Of a DNA stretch of 64,000 nt, positions 11,287 through 23,405 are shown one piece after another. Position 1 is the stretch's first letter. The number at the start of each line of letters is the position of its first letter. The stretch lies in contig JAVMKI010000081.1 in assembly GCA_031732755.1 (NCBI GenBank), forward strand, positions 228 to 64,227. Direction: 5' to 3'. Made by a program: the position numbers and the translations under genes. The DNA comes from Candidatus Contendobacter sp. GTDB taxonomy: Bacteria; Pseudomonadota; Gammaproteobacteria; Competibacterales; Competibacteraceae. The notes under the pieces were generated by a model. It did no database searches and was not told the origin of the DNA. It saw only the letters and a list, made by a program, of their open reading frames with translations.

Positions 11287-11610
11287 TTAGCGGGTAGCGC
11301 GGGCGGCCTTCTCCGTCAGACCGGAAACGCCGAAGCGGCGGCGCAATTCGTCGAGCACCGCGTCTGGGCCGAGTCCTTGATGCGCCAGCAGGACCAGGGT
11401 ATGAAACCACAAATCGGCGGTTTCGCGCACCAGCGGTTCGGGATCACCGTTCTTGGCGGCTAGCAGGGTTTCGGCGGCTTCCTCACCGACTTTCTTGAGA
11501 ATGGCGTCCAAACCCTTGGCATACAACCGGGCGACGTAGGAACTGTCGGGATCGGCTTGCTTGCGCGCTTCCAAAGTTGCCGCCAGTTCGCGCAGGATGT
11601 CGTCGCTCAT
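11287..11610 (-). CDS. hisE: Phosphoribosyl-ATP pyrophosphohydrolase
   Basis: [33 protein letters not shown]; the ATG at 11610 overlaps the hisI stop. Confidence 0.95.
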   Translation of the reverse strand: MSDDILRELAATLEARKQADPDSSYVARLYAKGLDAILKKVGEEAAETLLAAKNGDPEPLVRETADLWFHTLVLLAHQGLGPDAVLDELRRRFGVSGLTEKAARATR

Positions 11611-11999
11611 GCACCGTACATCTCGCGCGGGTCTTTCAACACGGGATCGGTGACGACCCATTGGCCGTCGCGTAATTCCTCAAAAAAGCAGCTTTGCCGG
11701 CCGGTATGACAGGCGATGCCGCCGATTTGTTCGATCTCCAGCAACAACACGTCGGCGTCGCAATCCAGTCGAATGTTTTTCACCTTTTGCGTGTTGCCGG
11801 AGGTTTCGCCCTTATACCAGAGTTGTTTTCGGGAGCGGGACCAGTACACCGCCTCGCCGCATTCCACGGTGCGGCGCAGCGATTCCCGATTCATCCAGGC
11901 CATCATCAGCACCCGGCCGCTGCCGGCATCCTGGGCGATGGCGGGAACCAGCCCGTCCGCCGTCCATTTGATCCGTTCCAGCCAATCATTGTTCGTCAA
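11607..11999 (-). CDS. hisI: Phosphoribosyl-AMP cyclohydrolase
   Basis: [41 protein letters not shown]; TTG start. Confidence 0.95.
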   Translation of the reverse strand: MTNNDWLERIKWTADGLVPAIAQDAGSGRVLMMAWMNRESLRRTVECGEAVYWSRSRKQLWYKGETSGNTQKVKNIRLDCDADVLLLEIEQIGGIACHTGRQSCFFEELRDGQWVVTDPVLKDPREMYGA

Positions 12000-12064
12000 A
12001 GGTGTCTCCCTAATAATGCCTCAGATGAAGGGCGGCGTTTGAAAGGCGTTAATTTATCACCTCT

Positions 12065-14443
12065 TTACTGATCCGGGACGCACATTTTCACCCCTTCGTC
12101 CCGCCAACCCTGCTGTCTCATATAGTCGGCTACGCCCAATTCCACGGTATAGCGATGGTTACTGTCTTTAGTCGGGTAGCCTTGGTTGTAGAAGCGATAC
12201 ACCGGGCGGGTTTGATCCGGGCAGACGCCATTGATGGCGAGATAGACCCGATACTCCTCCTTCTCCAGATACCAGGCTTCTCCCCGACACGAGCCTTGAC
12301 CCGCTGGACAAACCTTCTGGTAGCCCGCGTCGAGAATCTGGCGTTCACTCTCCAGACCGGTGTAGAAGTGGCTGTCAGGTTTGTAGACGCCATTGGGTTG
12401 CTGGGCGCCGTAGTAACGCGCCACCGGCGCGGTAGCCGGCGGGGCTGAATCGAGCGGATAAACTTTGAACGAGTAGCCGGTTTTGACCCACCCCGACTGC
12501 GGATTCTGCTCCAGAAACGCGATATCGCCAGGCTTCGCGGTGTGGAAATAGTGGTCTTTGCCGGCGTGGTAAAACTCAACGGCGACCACCGGCGGGTGAT
12601 CGTCACGGCAATCACTGCGCACAATAATGCTGCCACCCACCGCCACGAACTGGCTACCGTTCCAGACGACGCTGGATAACCTATAACGGGTTCCCGTGTC
12701 GTGAAGCGTCCAGTAGACTCCATCCGGGCTAGTCAGTGTTACCCCGGTTCCCACCGCCACGAATTGATCACCACCCCACGTCACGTCCCAAAGGTAGGCC
12801 GTGGTTCCCGAAGCGCGCGGCGTCCATGTGATCCCGTCGGGGCTGGTCAGGATTACGCCAACCGAACCCCCATTCACGGTATCCCAATCCCACCCCACCG
12901 CCACGAACTGGTTATTTCCCCACGCTACACCATAAAGACCGGCGGTAGTTCCCGAAGCGCGCGGTGTCCAGACGACTCCATCCGGACTGGTCAGGATTTT
13001 ACCGCTGTCTCCCACGGCCACGAACTGGTTATTTCCCCACGTTACGCTCTCAAGATAAAGTGGGCGCTCGAAAGTATGAAGCGTCCAGGTCATCCCATCT
13101 GGGCTGGTCAGGATCGAGGATTCCACTGCCACGAACTGGCCGCCACCCCACGTCACGTCCTCAAGGGAGTGCTCGATTCCAGTCTGCGGCGTCCAAGTCA
13201 CTCCATCCGGGCTGGTCAGAATCGTGCTCGTAAGGAAATAACCTCTGGTGTGACGAAAATACCCCACCGCCACAAACCGGTTGTTACCCCACGTCACGCC
13301 ATAAAGATTGTCCGTGGTTCCCGAGACGCGCGGTATCCAGACCACTCCGTCCAGGCTGGTCAGGATCACGCCATTCCACCCCACCGCCACGAACTGGTTG
13401 CCGCCCCACGTCACGCTCTCAACACGGTCCGTGGCTCCAGCCCGCGGTGTCCAAGTGACCCCGTCCGAGCTGGTCAGGATCGCCCCGCCCCCTTCTCCCA
13501 CCGCCACGAACTGGTTACTGCCCCCAGTTACACTCACAAGGCGGGGCGTGACTGACGAGGCGCGGGGCGTCCAGGTCACTCCATCTGGACTGGTCAGGAT
13601 TATTCCTTGGGTAGCGAAAGGAGTAATTCCCACCGCCACGAACTGGTTGCCGCCCCAGGTCACGCCAAGAAGATATCCGTCCACTCCAGCCTGTTGCGTC
13701 CAGGTCACTCCATCCGGGCTGGTCAGGATAACGCCTCCACTTATACTTGGGCTAAGAGATACGCCACCTACGACCACGAATCGGTTGCCACTCCAAGCCA
13801 CATTCCTGAGGACGACCTCGTCGGAGGTAAATCCCGAATTTTGCTGCGTCCAAGTGACTCCATCCAGGCTGCTGACGATCTTCCCACTATCTCCAACGGC
13901 TACAAACCGGTCGCCACTCCACGTTACGTCCCTAAGAAACCTGTAGGGATCATCCGAAACGCCGCGCGGTGTCCAAGTCACCCCATCCGGACTGGTCAAA
14001 AGCGCGCCACCGCTCCCTACCACGACAAACTGGCTGTTACCCCAGGCTACTCCAGAAAGGATGTCATCAGTTCCCACATGATGCGGATCCCAAGTCACCC
14101 CATCCGAACTGATCAGGATCACGCCGCTGTCTCCCACCGCCACGAACTGACCACCGCTCCAGACCACGTCATAAAGAGCGCTGTAGGTTCCAGAAGCGCG
14201 GTGGGTCCAGTTCACTCCGTCCGGGCTGGTCAGGATGGCGCCATCGCCCCCTACCGCTACATACAGACCCTTGCCATAGGTGACCGCGTTGAGATTATCA
14301 AAACGCGCTGCGACCTCCCACGCAGCGCCACAGCCCGCCCCCTCGGCAGCCTGCGCGATGCCGCCCAGGAGCCAACACCCGAGAACCACGGGCAGCAACC
14401 GCCAGATGCAGCGGCGGGCTATACCAGATTCGAGCAATAACAT
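12065..14443 (-). CDS. Secreted repeat protein: ~14-blade Asp-box-like beta-propeller region plus C-terminal DUF5648-like domain
   Basis: ATG at 14443 with AAGGAG 7 nt upstream. Signal peptide ends GIAQA-AE. 13 copies of V.WG..QFVAVG..G.ILTSPDGVTW plus a split 14th. C-terminus has VEFYH..DHYF.T, SHFYT, PVYRFYN..DSNHRYT. Confidence 0.8.
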   Translation of the reverse strand: MLLLESGIARRCIWRLLPVVLGCWLLGGIAQAAEGAGCGAAWEVAARFDNLNAVTYGKGLYVAVGGDGAILTSPDGVNWTHRASGTYSALYDVVWSGGQFVAVGDSGVILISSDGVTWDPHHVGTDDILSGVAWGNSQFVVVGSGGALLTSPDGVTWTPRGVSDDPYRFLRDVTWSGDRFVAVGDSGKIVSSLDGVTWTQQNSGFTSDEVVLRNVAWSGNRFVVVGGVSLSPSISGGVILTSPDGVTWTQQAGVDGYLLGVTWGGNQFVAVGITPFATQGIILTSPDGVTWTPRASSVTPRLVSVTGGSNQFVAVGEGGGAILTSSDGVTWTPRAGATDRVESVTWGGNQFVAVGWNGVILTSLDGVVWIPRVSGTTDNLYGVTWGNNRFVAVGYFRHTRGYFLTSTILTSPDGVTWTPQTGIEHSLEDVTWGGGQFVAVESSILTSPDGMTWTLHTFERPLYLESVTWGNNQFVAVGDSGKILTSPDGVVWTPRASGTTAGLYGVAWGNNQFVAVGWDWDTVNGGSVGVILTSPDGITWTPRASGTTAYLWDVTWGGDQFVAVGTGVTLTSPDGVYWTLHDTGTRYRLSSVVWNGSQFVAVGGSIIVRSDCRDDHPPVVAVEFYHAGKDHYFHTAKPGDIAFLEQNPQSGWVKTGYSFKVYPLDSAPPATAPVARYYGAQQPNGVYKPDSHFYTGLESERQILDAGYQKVCPAGQGSCRGEAWYLEKEEYRVYLAINGVCPDQTRPVYRFYNQGYPTKDSNHRYTVELGVADYMRQQGWRDEGVKMCVPDQ

Positions 14444-14450
14444 GGGAAGT

Positions 14451-14467
14451 CTCCTTACGCTAAGGAG
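14451..14467 (-). promoter_or_regulatory. Hairpin sequestering the Shine-Dalgarno of the propeller gene
   Basis: Minus strand CTCCTTA-gcg-TAAGGAG-acttccc-ATG: perfect 7-bp stem whose 3' arm contains AAGGAG. Confidence 0.45.
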
Positions 14468-14519
14468 GGTAAGCGACTGCAAATCCAGCAATATTCGGCG
14501 GGCAACGGAAATAGGCGTT

Positions 14520-15293
14520 TCAGAGTCGCACTTCAATGCCGCGCGCTTGCATGTGACGCTTGGCTTGTTCGATGGTGTATTCAGCGAAATGGAAAATGCT
14601 GGCCGCCAGCACCGCGTCGGCCTTGCCGAGCAGAATGCCATCCGCCAGATGATCCAGCGTGCCCACCCCACCCGAGGCAATGACCGGAATGGTGGTCGCC
14701 TCGCTGATGGCGCGGGTCAGTTCCAGATCGAAGCCGCGCTTGGTGCCGTCGCGGTCCATGCTGGTCAGCAGGATTTCGCCAGCGCCGTAGGCATTCATGC
14801 GTTGCGCCCATGCCACCGCGTCGATGCCGGTGGGCCGGCGGCCGCCGTGGGTGAAAATTTCCCAGCGCGGTGATTCGCTGGGCTGATGCACCGCCTTGGC
14901 GTCGATGGCGACCACGATGCACTGGTTGCCGAATCGCTCGGCGGCTTCACGCACGAATTCGGGTCGGGCGATGGCGGCGGTATTGATGGACACCTTATCG
15001 GCCCCGGCGTTCAGCATCCGTCGCACATCGTCCATGGTGCGGATGCCGCCGCCCACGGTCAGCGGGATGAACACCTCGCTGGCGACTTGCTCGACGACGT
15101 GAACCATGGTCTCGCGGTCGTCGGAACTGGCGGTGATGTCGAGAAAAGTGATTTCATCCGCGCCCTGTTCGTCGTAGCGGCGGGCGATTTCCACCGGATC
15201 GCCGGCATCGCGGATGTCCACGAACTTGACGCCCTTGACCACCCGACCCCGATCCACGTCCAGGCAGGGGATAATGCGTTTGGCCAGTCCCAT
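14520..15293 (-). CDS. hisF: Imidazole glycerol phosphate synthase cyclase subunit
   Basis: [56 protein letters not shown]; start at ATG 15293. Confidence 0.97.
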   Translation of the reverse strand: MGLAKRIIPCLDVDRGRVVKGVKFVDIRDAGDPVEIARRYDEQGADEITFLDITASSDDRETMVHVVEQVASEVFIPLTVGGGIRTMDDVRRMLNAGADKVSINTAAIARPEFVREAAERFGNQCIVVAIDAKAVHQPSESPRWEIFTHGGRRPTGIDAVAWAQRMNAYGAGEILLTSMDRDGTKRGFDLELTRAISEATTIPVIASGGVGTLDHLADGILLGKADAVLAASIFHFAEYTIEQAKRHMQARGIEVRL

Positions 15294-16033
15294 CACGCGT
15301 TCCCCTGGGTATTGGCCAACCGTTGCGCTTCGACCAGATCGATAGCGCCATCGTACAGCGCCCGGCCGATAATCACTCCCATGATGCCCTCGCTCTCCAC
15401 CGCGCATAGCGCCCGCACATCGTCCAGGGTGCTGACCCCGCCGGAGGCGATGACCGGGATACTGATGGCTTGCGCCAACCGAACCGTGGCCTCGACGTTA
15501 ACCCCCTGCATCATGCCGTCGCGGCTGATGTCGGTGTAAACGATGGCCTCGACGCCATAACGTTCGAAGATCCGCGCCAGGTCAATCACATCGTGCTTGG
15601 ATAACTTGGACCAGCCGTTGACCGCAACCCGTCCATCCTTGGCGTCCAATCCGACGATGATGTGGCCGGGATATTCCGCGCACAGATCGCTGATGAAGCC
15701 CGGCTCCTGCACCGCTTTGGTGCCAATGATGACGAATTGCACGCCGACGTCCAGATAGGCCTCCACGGTTTGCTCGTCGCGGATGCCGCCACCGACCTGA
15801 ATCGGCACATCGGGGAAAGTCTGGGCAATGCGGCGGATCACTTGGGCGTTGACTGGGCGACCGGCGAAGGCGCCGTTCAGGTCCACCAAATGCAGGCGAC
15901 GCGCGCCAGCCTTCACCCAGCGCTCGGCCATGGCCACCGGGTCGTCCGAAAAGACGGTCGAGTCTTCCATCCGTCCCTGACGCAACCGCACGCACTTACC
16001 ATCTTTCAAATCAATCGCAGGTATGAGCAACAT
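15293..16033 (-). CDS. hisA: ProFAR isomerase
   Basis: [48 protein letters not shown]. Confidence 0.97.
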   Translation of the reverse strand: MLLIPAIDLKDGKCVRLRQGRMEDSTVFSDDPVAMAERWVKAGARRLHLVDLNGAFAGRPVNAQVIRRIAQTFPDVPIQVGGGIRDEQTVEAYLDVGVQFVIIGTKAVQEPGFISDLCAEYPGHIIVGLDAKDGRVAVNGWSKLSKHDVIDLARIFERYGVEAIVYTDISRDGMMQGVNVEATVRLAQAISIPVIASGGVSTLDDVRALCAVESEGIMGVIIGRALYDGAIDLVEAQRLANTQGNA

Positions 16034-16054
16034 AGCAGGGTTCTAAATGAGTTG

Positions 16055-16068
16055 ACTAACCACTAACC
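16055..16068. repeat. 7-bp tandem repeat (actaacc x2) between hisH and hisA
   Basis: actaaccactaacc directly next to the hisH stop. Confidence 0.5.
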
Positions 16069-16069
16069 A

Positions 16070-16708
16070 TTAGGGGTTCCAGTCCACGAAGTTGGCGAGC
16101 AGCCGCAGCCCCGCTTGGGCGCTCTTCTCCGGGTGGAATTGCACGGCGAAGATGTTATCCCGCGCGATGGCCGAGGCGAACTCAAAGCCATAATGCGTCC
16201 AGCCGGTCACCAGCAACTCGTCGGCGGGCCGCAGATAATAACTATGGACGAAATAGAAGCGGCTATCCTGGGAAATGCCGCGCCACAGTGGGTGGTCGCT
16301 GGCCTGACGGACCTGGTTCCAACCCATGTGCGGCACTTTGAGCCGCTCGCCGGTGGCTGGATCGCGCGGGTCGGCGAACCGAACCACCCGACCGGGCAGC
16401 ACGCCCAGGCCAGCGACGCCGTCGTTTTCCTCGCTGAAGTCCAACAGCGCCTGCGGTCCCAAGCACAGCCCCAGAAAAGGCTTGCGCAGCGCCGCGTCCC
16501 GGACCACGTCCATCAAATTCCAGTGAGCTAGCTCCCGCATGCAGTCGCGGATCGAACCCTGGCCAGGGAACACGACCCGGTCGGCCTGGAGAATGTCGTG
16601 ACGGTTCTGGGTGATGATCACGCGCGCTTGGGGGGCGACATGTTCGAGCGCCTTGGCGACGGAGCGCAGATTGCCCATGCCGTAGTCAATGATCGCGATA
16701 CTGGTCAT
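16070..16708 (-). CDS. hisH: Imidazole glycerol phosphate synthase glutamine amidotransferase subunit
   Basis: IIDYGMGNLRSV, FPGQG, LGLCLG (catalytic Cys), PHMGWNQV, QFHPEKS; start ATG 16708. Confidence 0.96.
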   Translation of the reverse strand: MTSIAIIDYGMGNLRSVAKALEHVAPQARVIITQNRHDILQADRVVFPGQGSIRDCMRELAHWNLMDVVRDAALRKPFLGLCLGPQALLDFSEENDGVAGLGVLPGRVVRFADPRDPATGERLKVPHMGWNQVRQASDHPLWRGISQDSRFYFVHSYYLRPADELLVTGWTHYGFEFASAIARDNIFAVQFHPEKSAQAGLRLLANFVDWNP

Positions 16709-16752
16709 TGGGAAGACTCGCGGAGACGGGAATACGGAATTAATGATGAAAT

Positions 16753-17343
16753 TTACAGGCTGCCCTTGGTGGAGGGAACGCCGAGCATACGCGAGTCGGG
16801 TTCGACCGCCATGCGCAACGCGCGCCCGAACGCCTTGAATACAGTCTCGGCGATGTGATGGGCGTTGCGACCCCGCAGGTTGTCCACGTGCAGAGTGACC
16901 AAGGCATAGTTGACGAAGCCCTGGAAGAATTCGCGGAACAGATCCACGTCGAACCCGCCAATTCGGGCGCGGGGAAATTCGACGAAATATTCCAGCCCAG
17001 GCCGCCCGGAACAATCCAGCACCACCCGCGACAGGCTCTCGTCCAACGGTACATAGGCGTGGCCGTAGCGGCGGATGCCGCGTTTGTCGCCCAAGGCTTG
17101 CCGCACCGCTTGGCCGAGCGTGATGCCGATGTCCTCGACCGTGTGGTGGGCGTCGATATGCAGATCGCCCTCGGCTTCGAGGTCCAGATCAATCAGGCCA
17201 TGGCGGGCGATCTGATCGAGCATGTGGTCGAGGAAAGGCAAGCCAGTGGCGAGCCTGGCGTTGCCCACGCCATCTAGGTTGACGTGCGCCTGAATCCGGG
17301 TTTCCAGCGTGTCGCGCTTGACCGTTGCGATGCGTGCCGACAT
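16753..17343 (-). CDS. hisB: Imidazoleglycerol-phosphate dehydratase
   Basis: [54 protein letters not shown]. Confidence 0.97.
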   Translation of the reverse strand: MSARIATVKRDTLETRIQAHVNLDGVGNARLATGLPFLDHMLDQIARHGLIDLDLEAEGDLHIDAHHTVEDIGITLGQAVRQALGDKRGIRRYGHAYVPLDESLSRVVLDCSGRPGLEYFVEFPRARIGGFDVDLFREFFQGFVNYALVTLHVDNLRGRNAHHIAETVFKAFGRALRMAVEPDSRMLGVPSTKGSL

Positions 17344-17354
17344 GAGGGTCTTCT

Positions 17355-17426
17355 ATCCGCGCCCACCTGGTCCGGTGGGGAAAATGGCCTGAATTTCAAT
17401 CCGCGCCCACAATCCCCTGGTGGGAA
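17355..17426. repeat. Two imperfect direct copies of a hairpin motif ATCCGCGCCCAC-N7/8-GGTGGG in the hisB/valS divergent region
   Basis: atccgcgcccac at 17355-17366 and 17399-17410, each followed by ggtggg that can pair with cccac. Confidence 0.6.
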
Positions 17427-17626
17427 GAGTGACTTCGTTATGATTATAGATGAGCAAGCCGAATAAGCGAATTCGGACCAATAGGGGTCTTGTTGTTCGG
17501 CATCAGGGCGATTGAACCGCTAGCGCCCGTCCGTTGGCAAGCTGGGTTATACTTTTCAGCCGGTGTGAACCGCCACGCGCCGCGTGACGCCGCGCCCGCC
17601 AATTCCCTGATTATCCAAAGAGCGCC

Positions 17627-20392
<2,766 letters not shown>

Positions 20393-20427
20393 GTTCGGCA
20401 ACCCACCCAAAAACTCGAGGAATGCCC

Positions 20428-21507
20428 ATGGACGCTCAAGAATCGGTATCCGCAACCAAACCCAAGCTGGGCGAAAAAGTCACCAAGGTCGCCACCTACT
20501 ACAATCCGCGCACCTGGAAGGAGAAGGGTCTATGGTGGACTCTCGGCCTGTTTCTAGTCACCTACGCCATCGTCGTTGTCGTGCTCGGTTTCATCTGGTC
20601 GCGCTCGCCCGGCGAATTCGACGTGCGCGAAAATGCGTTGACCAAGGCCCACAATGAGCAGAAAAAATTGGTGCCTGGCTACGTGACTACCGCGACCGCC
20701 ATCCGCATTGCGGAGACGCTGCTGGACAAACCCGGCGGTTATCTCAGCAACGACGTGACTCCGCCCGGCGTCTATCTCGATAACATCCCCAACTGGGAAT
20801 TCGGCGCACTGACCGAATTGCGCGACCTGGTTCGCGCCCTGCGCAACGACTTCAGTCGCTCCCAGACCCAGTCGGTCGAGGATCAGGATTTACAGGCGGC
20901 CGAGCCGAAGTTCAATTACGATTCAAACCACTGGATTTTCCCGGCGACCGAGTCGGAATACCGCGATGGCATCAAGGCGCTTTACCGTTATCTGGACCGG
21001 CTCGCCGACGAGAAAGCCTTCGACGGGCAGTTCTTCACCCGTGCCGACAACCTGAACGCCTATCTGACAGTGGTCGGGACACGGCTGGGCAGCCTGGCGC
21101 AACGACTGGCGGCCAGTGTTGGCCAGACCCGTTTCAACACCGATCTGGCCGGTGATACGCACGCCCGTCAATCCACCCCAACCCCGAGTCAGGTCGAGGT
21201 TAAAACCCCGTGGTTGAAAATTGACGATTATTTCTTTGAGGCGCGTGGCTACTCTTGGGCCTTGCTGCATACGCTGAAGGCCCTGGAAGTGGATTTCCGC
21301 GATGTGCTCCAAAAAAAGAACGCCTTGGTCTCACTCCAGCAAATCATCCGTGAACTGGAAAACACCCAGAGTTTTATCTGGAGTCCGATGATCCTGAACG
21401 GCACCGGCTTCGGGATGATGGCCAACCATTCGTTGATCATGGCCTCGTATATCTCCCGCGCCAACGCCGCGATCATCGACCTGCGCAATCTGCTGTTGCA
21501 GGGCTAG
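20428..21507 (+). CDS. DUF2333-family membrane-anchored protein
   Basis: One TM near the N-terminus; KPGGYLSND, LDNIPNWEFG, FSRSQTQS, FYEARG-like FFEARG, NGTGFG..ANHSLIMASYISRANAA. GAGG RBS fits ATG 20428. Confidence 0.8.
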   Translation: MDAQESVSATKPKLGEKVTKVATYYNPRTWKEKGLWWTLGLFLVTYAIVVVVLGFIWSRSPGEFDVRENALTKAHNEQKKLVPGYVTTATAIRIAETLLDKPGGYLSNDVTPPGVYLDNIPNWEFGALTELRDLVRALRNDFSRSQTQSVEDQDLQAAEPKFNYDSNHWIFPATESEYRDGIKALYRYLDRLADEKAFDGQFFTRADNLNAYLTVVGTRLGSLAQRLAASVGQTRFNTDLAGDTHARQSTPTPSQVEVKTPWLKIDDYFFEARGYSWALLHTLKALEVDFRDVLQKKNALVSLQQIIRELENTQSFIWSPMILNGTGFGMMANHSLIMASYISRANAAIIDLRNLLLQG

Positions 21508-21508
21508 G

Positions 21509-22270
21509 ATGGCGGATTTCAACACCCACCTGATGGGCGCGGCGGCGGTCAGCGGGTTGGCCGCCACCGTGCTGGTGATGACCGGCCAGTTTCCTCATCA
21601 AGCGGTCATTGGCTATTTCGTGCTTGGGGTCATCGGCGGCTTGTTGCCGGACCTTGATTCACCCACTTCCATCCCTATTCGGATCGCGTTCGCGGGGCTA
21701 GCAGTGATGGCCGGCTTCCTGGTGGTTTTCACCTTCGGTCATCGTTACTCGCTGGCGGAATTAATTATTCTATGGCTGGGTTGTTTTCTGTTCATTCGTT
21801 ACGGCTTGCTGGATTTGTTCACCCGCGTCACCACGCATCGCGGGTTGATTCATTCCATTCCGGCGGGAATCGGCTGCGGGCTGACGACCACCGCCATCGC
21901 CTTTCATATCTTTGGCGCTGCCGTAACCCATGCCTGGTTATGTGGAACCTTCGTGACGCTGGGCTTTATCGTCCATCTGCTGCTGGACGAGATTTACAGT
22001 GTCGATTTATTTGGCAAGAAATGGGCGAAACGTTCCTTCGGCACGGCGTTCAGTCTGGGCAGCCTCCGGCAGCCTGGTGGCACGGCGGCGCTCTATCTAG
22101 CCGTCGTCGCGCTGTTCTTCCTTTGCCCTCCGCCCCGGCCTTTTACCGAACTGATGCTGGACCACACGACTTATCGCGGTGTGGTCCAACGATTGTGGCC
22201 CAACGACACCTGGTTTGCGGGGTTTCGGCGTCAGGTGACGTCATCGAGCATTTCAACCGGACCCAATTGA
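21509..22270 (+). CDS. Inner-membrane metal-dependent hydrolase (YdjM-like)
   Basis: MADFNTH, LLPDLD, HRGLIHS, HLLLDE; multi-TM. Confidence 0.75.
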   Translation: MADFNTHLMGAAAVSGLAATVLVMTGQFPHQAVIGYFVLGVIGGLLPDLDSPTSIPIRIAFAGLAVMAGFLVVFTFGHRYSLAELIILWLGCFLFIRYGLLDLFTRVTTHRGLIHSIPAGIGCGLTTTAIAFHIFGAAVTHAWLCGTFVTLGFIVHLLLDEIYSVDLFGKKWAKRSFGTAFSLGSLRQPGGTAALYLAVVALFFLCPPPRPFTELMLDHTTYRGVVQRLWPNDTWFAGFRRQVTSSSISTGPN

Positions 22271-22334
22271 TCAATGGTGGGGTGAATGGACCGAAAGCCA
22301 CTATGACCAATTCGCCATAGCAGGATAAATTGCG

Positions 22335-23330
22335 CTGGCCACCATTTTTGATGTCGTCATCATCATCGTTAACCACAATGGTGGTCGTTATCTTGGCCGC
22401 TGCCTGCGCGCGCTGGCCGCCCAGACCGTGCGACCGCGCCAGACGATAGTCATCGACAATGCCAGCACCGATGGCAGCATCGACTCGTTACCGGAACACT
22501 TTCCCTGGCTACATATCATTCATTGCACGGAAAATCTCGGTTTCGCCGCCGCCAACAATTTGGCGGTCGCGCGCGGTGAGCCCACGGAATGGCTGGCGCT
22601 GCTCAACCCGGACGCTTTTCCCGCGCCCGACTGGTTGGCGGCCCTTCAACGGGCGACGCGGGATTATCCACAATACGCTGTCTTTGGTAGTCGCTTGCTG
22701 GATGCCGCCGACCCGGAGCGGTTGGACGGCGCTGGCGATTGCTACCATGTCAGCGGCTTGGCCTGGCGGCGATGGCACGGCGGTTCGGCCACCGAACATG
22801 GCCTGCGCGTCGAGGAGGTCTTCGCGCCCTGCGCGGCAGCCGCTTTATACCGACGGCGGGTATTCCGTGAGGTGGATGGTTTCGACGAACGTTTCTTTTG
22901 CTACATGGAAGACGTGGATTTGGGATTCCGCATGCGCCTGCTCGGTTATCGTTGCCTGTACGTGCCAATGGCAGTGGTCCATCACGTCGGTTCCGGGATA
23001 ACTGGCATTCGCGGTGAGTTCGCAACCTATCACGGCCACCGTAATTTGATATGGACCTATGTCAAAAACATGCCATCTCCCTGGTTCTGGTTGTACTTGC
23101 CGGCGCATCTTGCCCTCAACCTGCTGAGTATTGCTTGGCTGGGTTGGCGCGGACAGGGTCGGGTAGCCCTGCGGGCCAAGGTAGACGCACTGCGCGAACT
23201 GCCCCAGATCTGGCGACAGCGACAAGGGATTCAGAAAAAACGCCGGGTCGCAGGTCGGGAACTCCGCCGGGCAATGACCACGGGCTGGGCGGCGCTGGCG
23301 CGATTCACGGGCTTGCGGGGGGCGTCATAG
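22335..23330 (+). CDS. Glycosyltransferase family 2
   Basis: In-frame GT2 N-terminus DVVIIIVNHNG.RYL.RCL upstream of the GTG at 22428; IDNASTDGS, LLNPDA, FFCYMEDVDLG. Probable CTG start at 22335 behind an AGGA RBS. Confidence 0.85.
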   Translation: MATIFDVVIIIVNHNGGRYLGRCLRALAAQTVRPRQTIVIDNASTDGSIDSLPEHFPWLHIIHCTENLGFAAANNLAVARGEPTEWLALLNPDAFPAPDWLAALQRATRDYPQYAVFGSRLLDAADPERLDGAGDCYHVSGLAWRRWHGGSATEHGLRVEEVFAPCAAAALYRRRVFREVDGFDERFFCYMEDVDLGFRMRLLGYRCLYVPMAVVHHVGSGITGIRGEFATYHGHRNLIWTYVKNMPSPWFWLYLPAHLALNLLSIAWLGWRGQGRVALRAKVDALRELPQIWRQRQGIQKKRRVAGRELRRAMTTGWAALARFTGLRGAS

Positions 23331-23405
23331 CCCCTGGCTGGTTGGCTGGCTGCTTCCCCGTAGCCTGGACTGTTGACCAAAACACCTTGTTCTCTTCTTA
23401 AAGTC

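Noticed and set aside
12701-14440. Repetitive plus-strand ORFs opposite the propeller gene
   Set aside because: Their periodicity simply mirrors the minus-strand protein repeats.
14444-14680. 79-aa N-terminal extension of the propeller ORF
   Set aside because: It overlaps the hisF 3' end; RBS and signal peptide support ATG 14443.
17393-17426. TTTCAATCCGCGCCCAC resembles the start of a type I-C CRISPR repeat
   Set aside because: Only two partial copies 44 bp apart, no spacer-length periodicity and no cas genes in the window.
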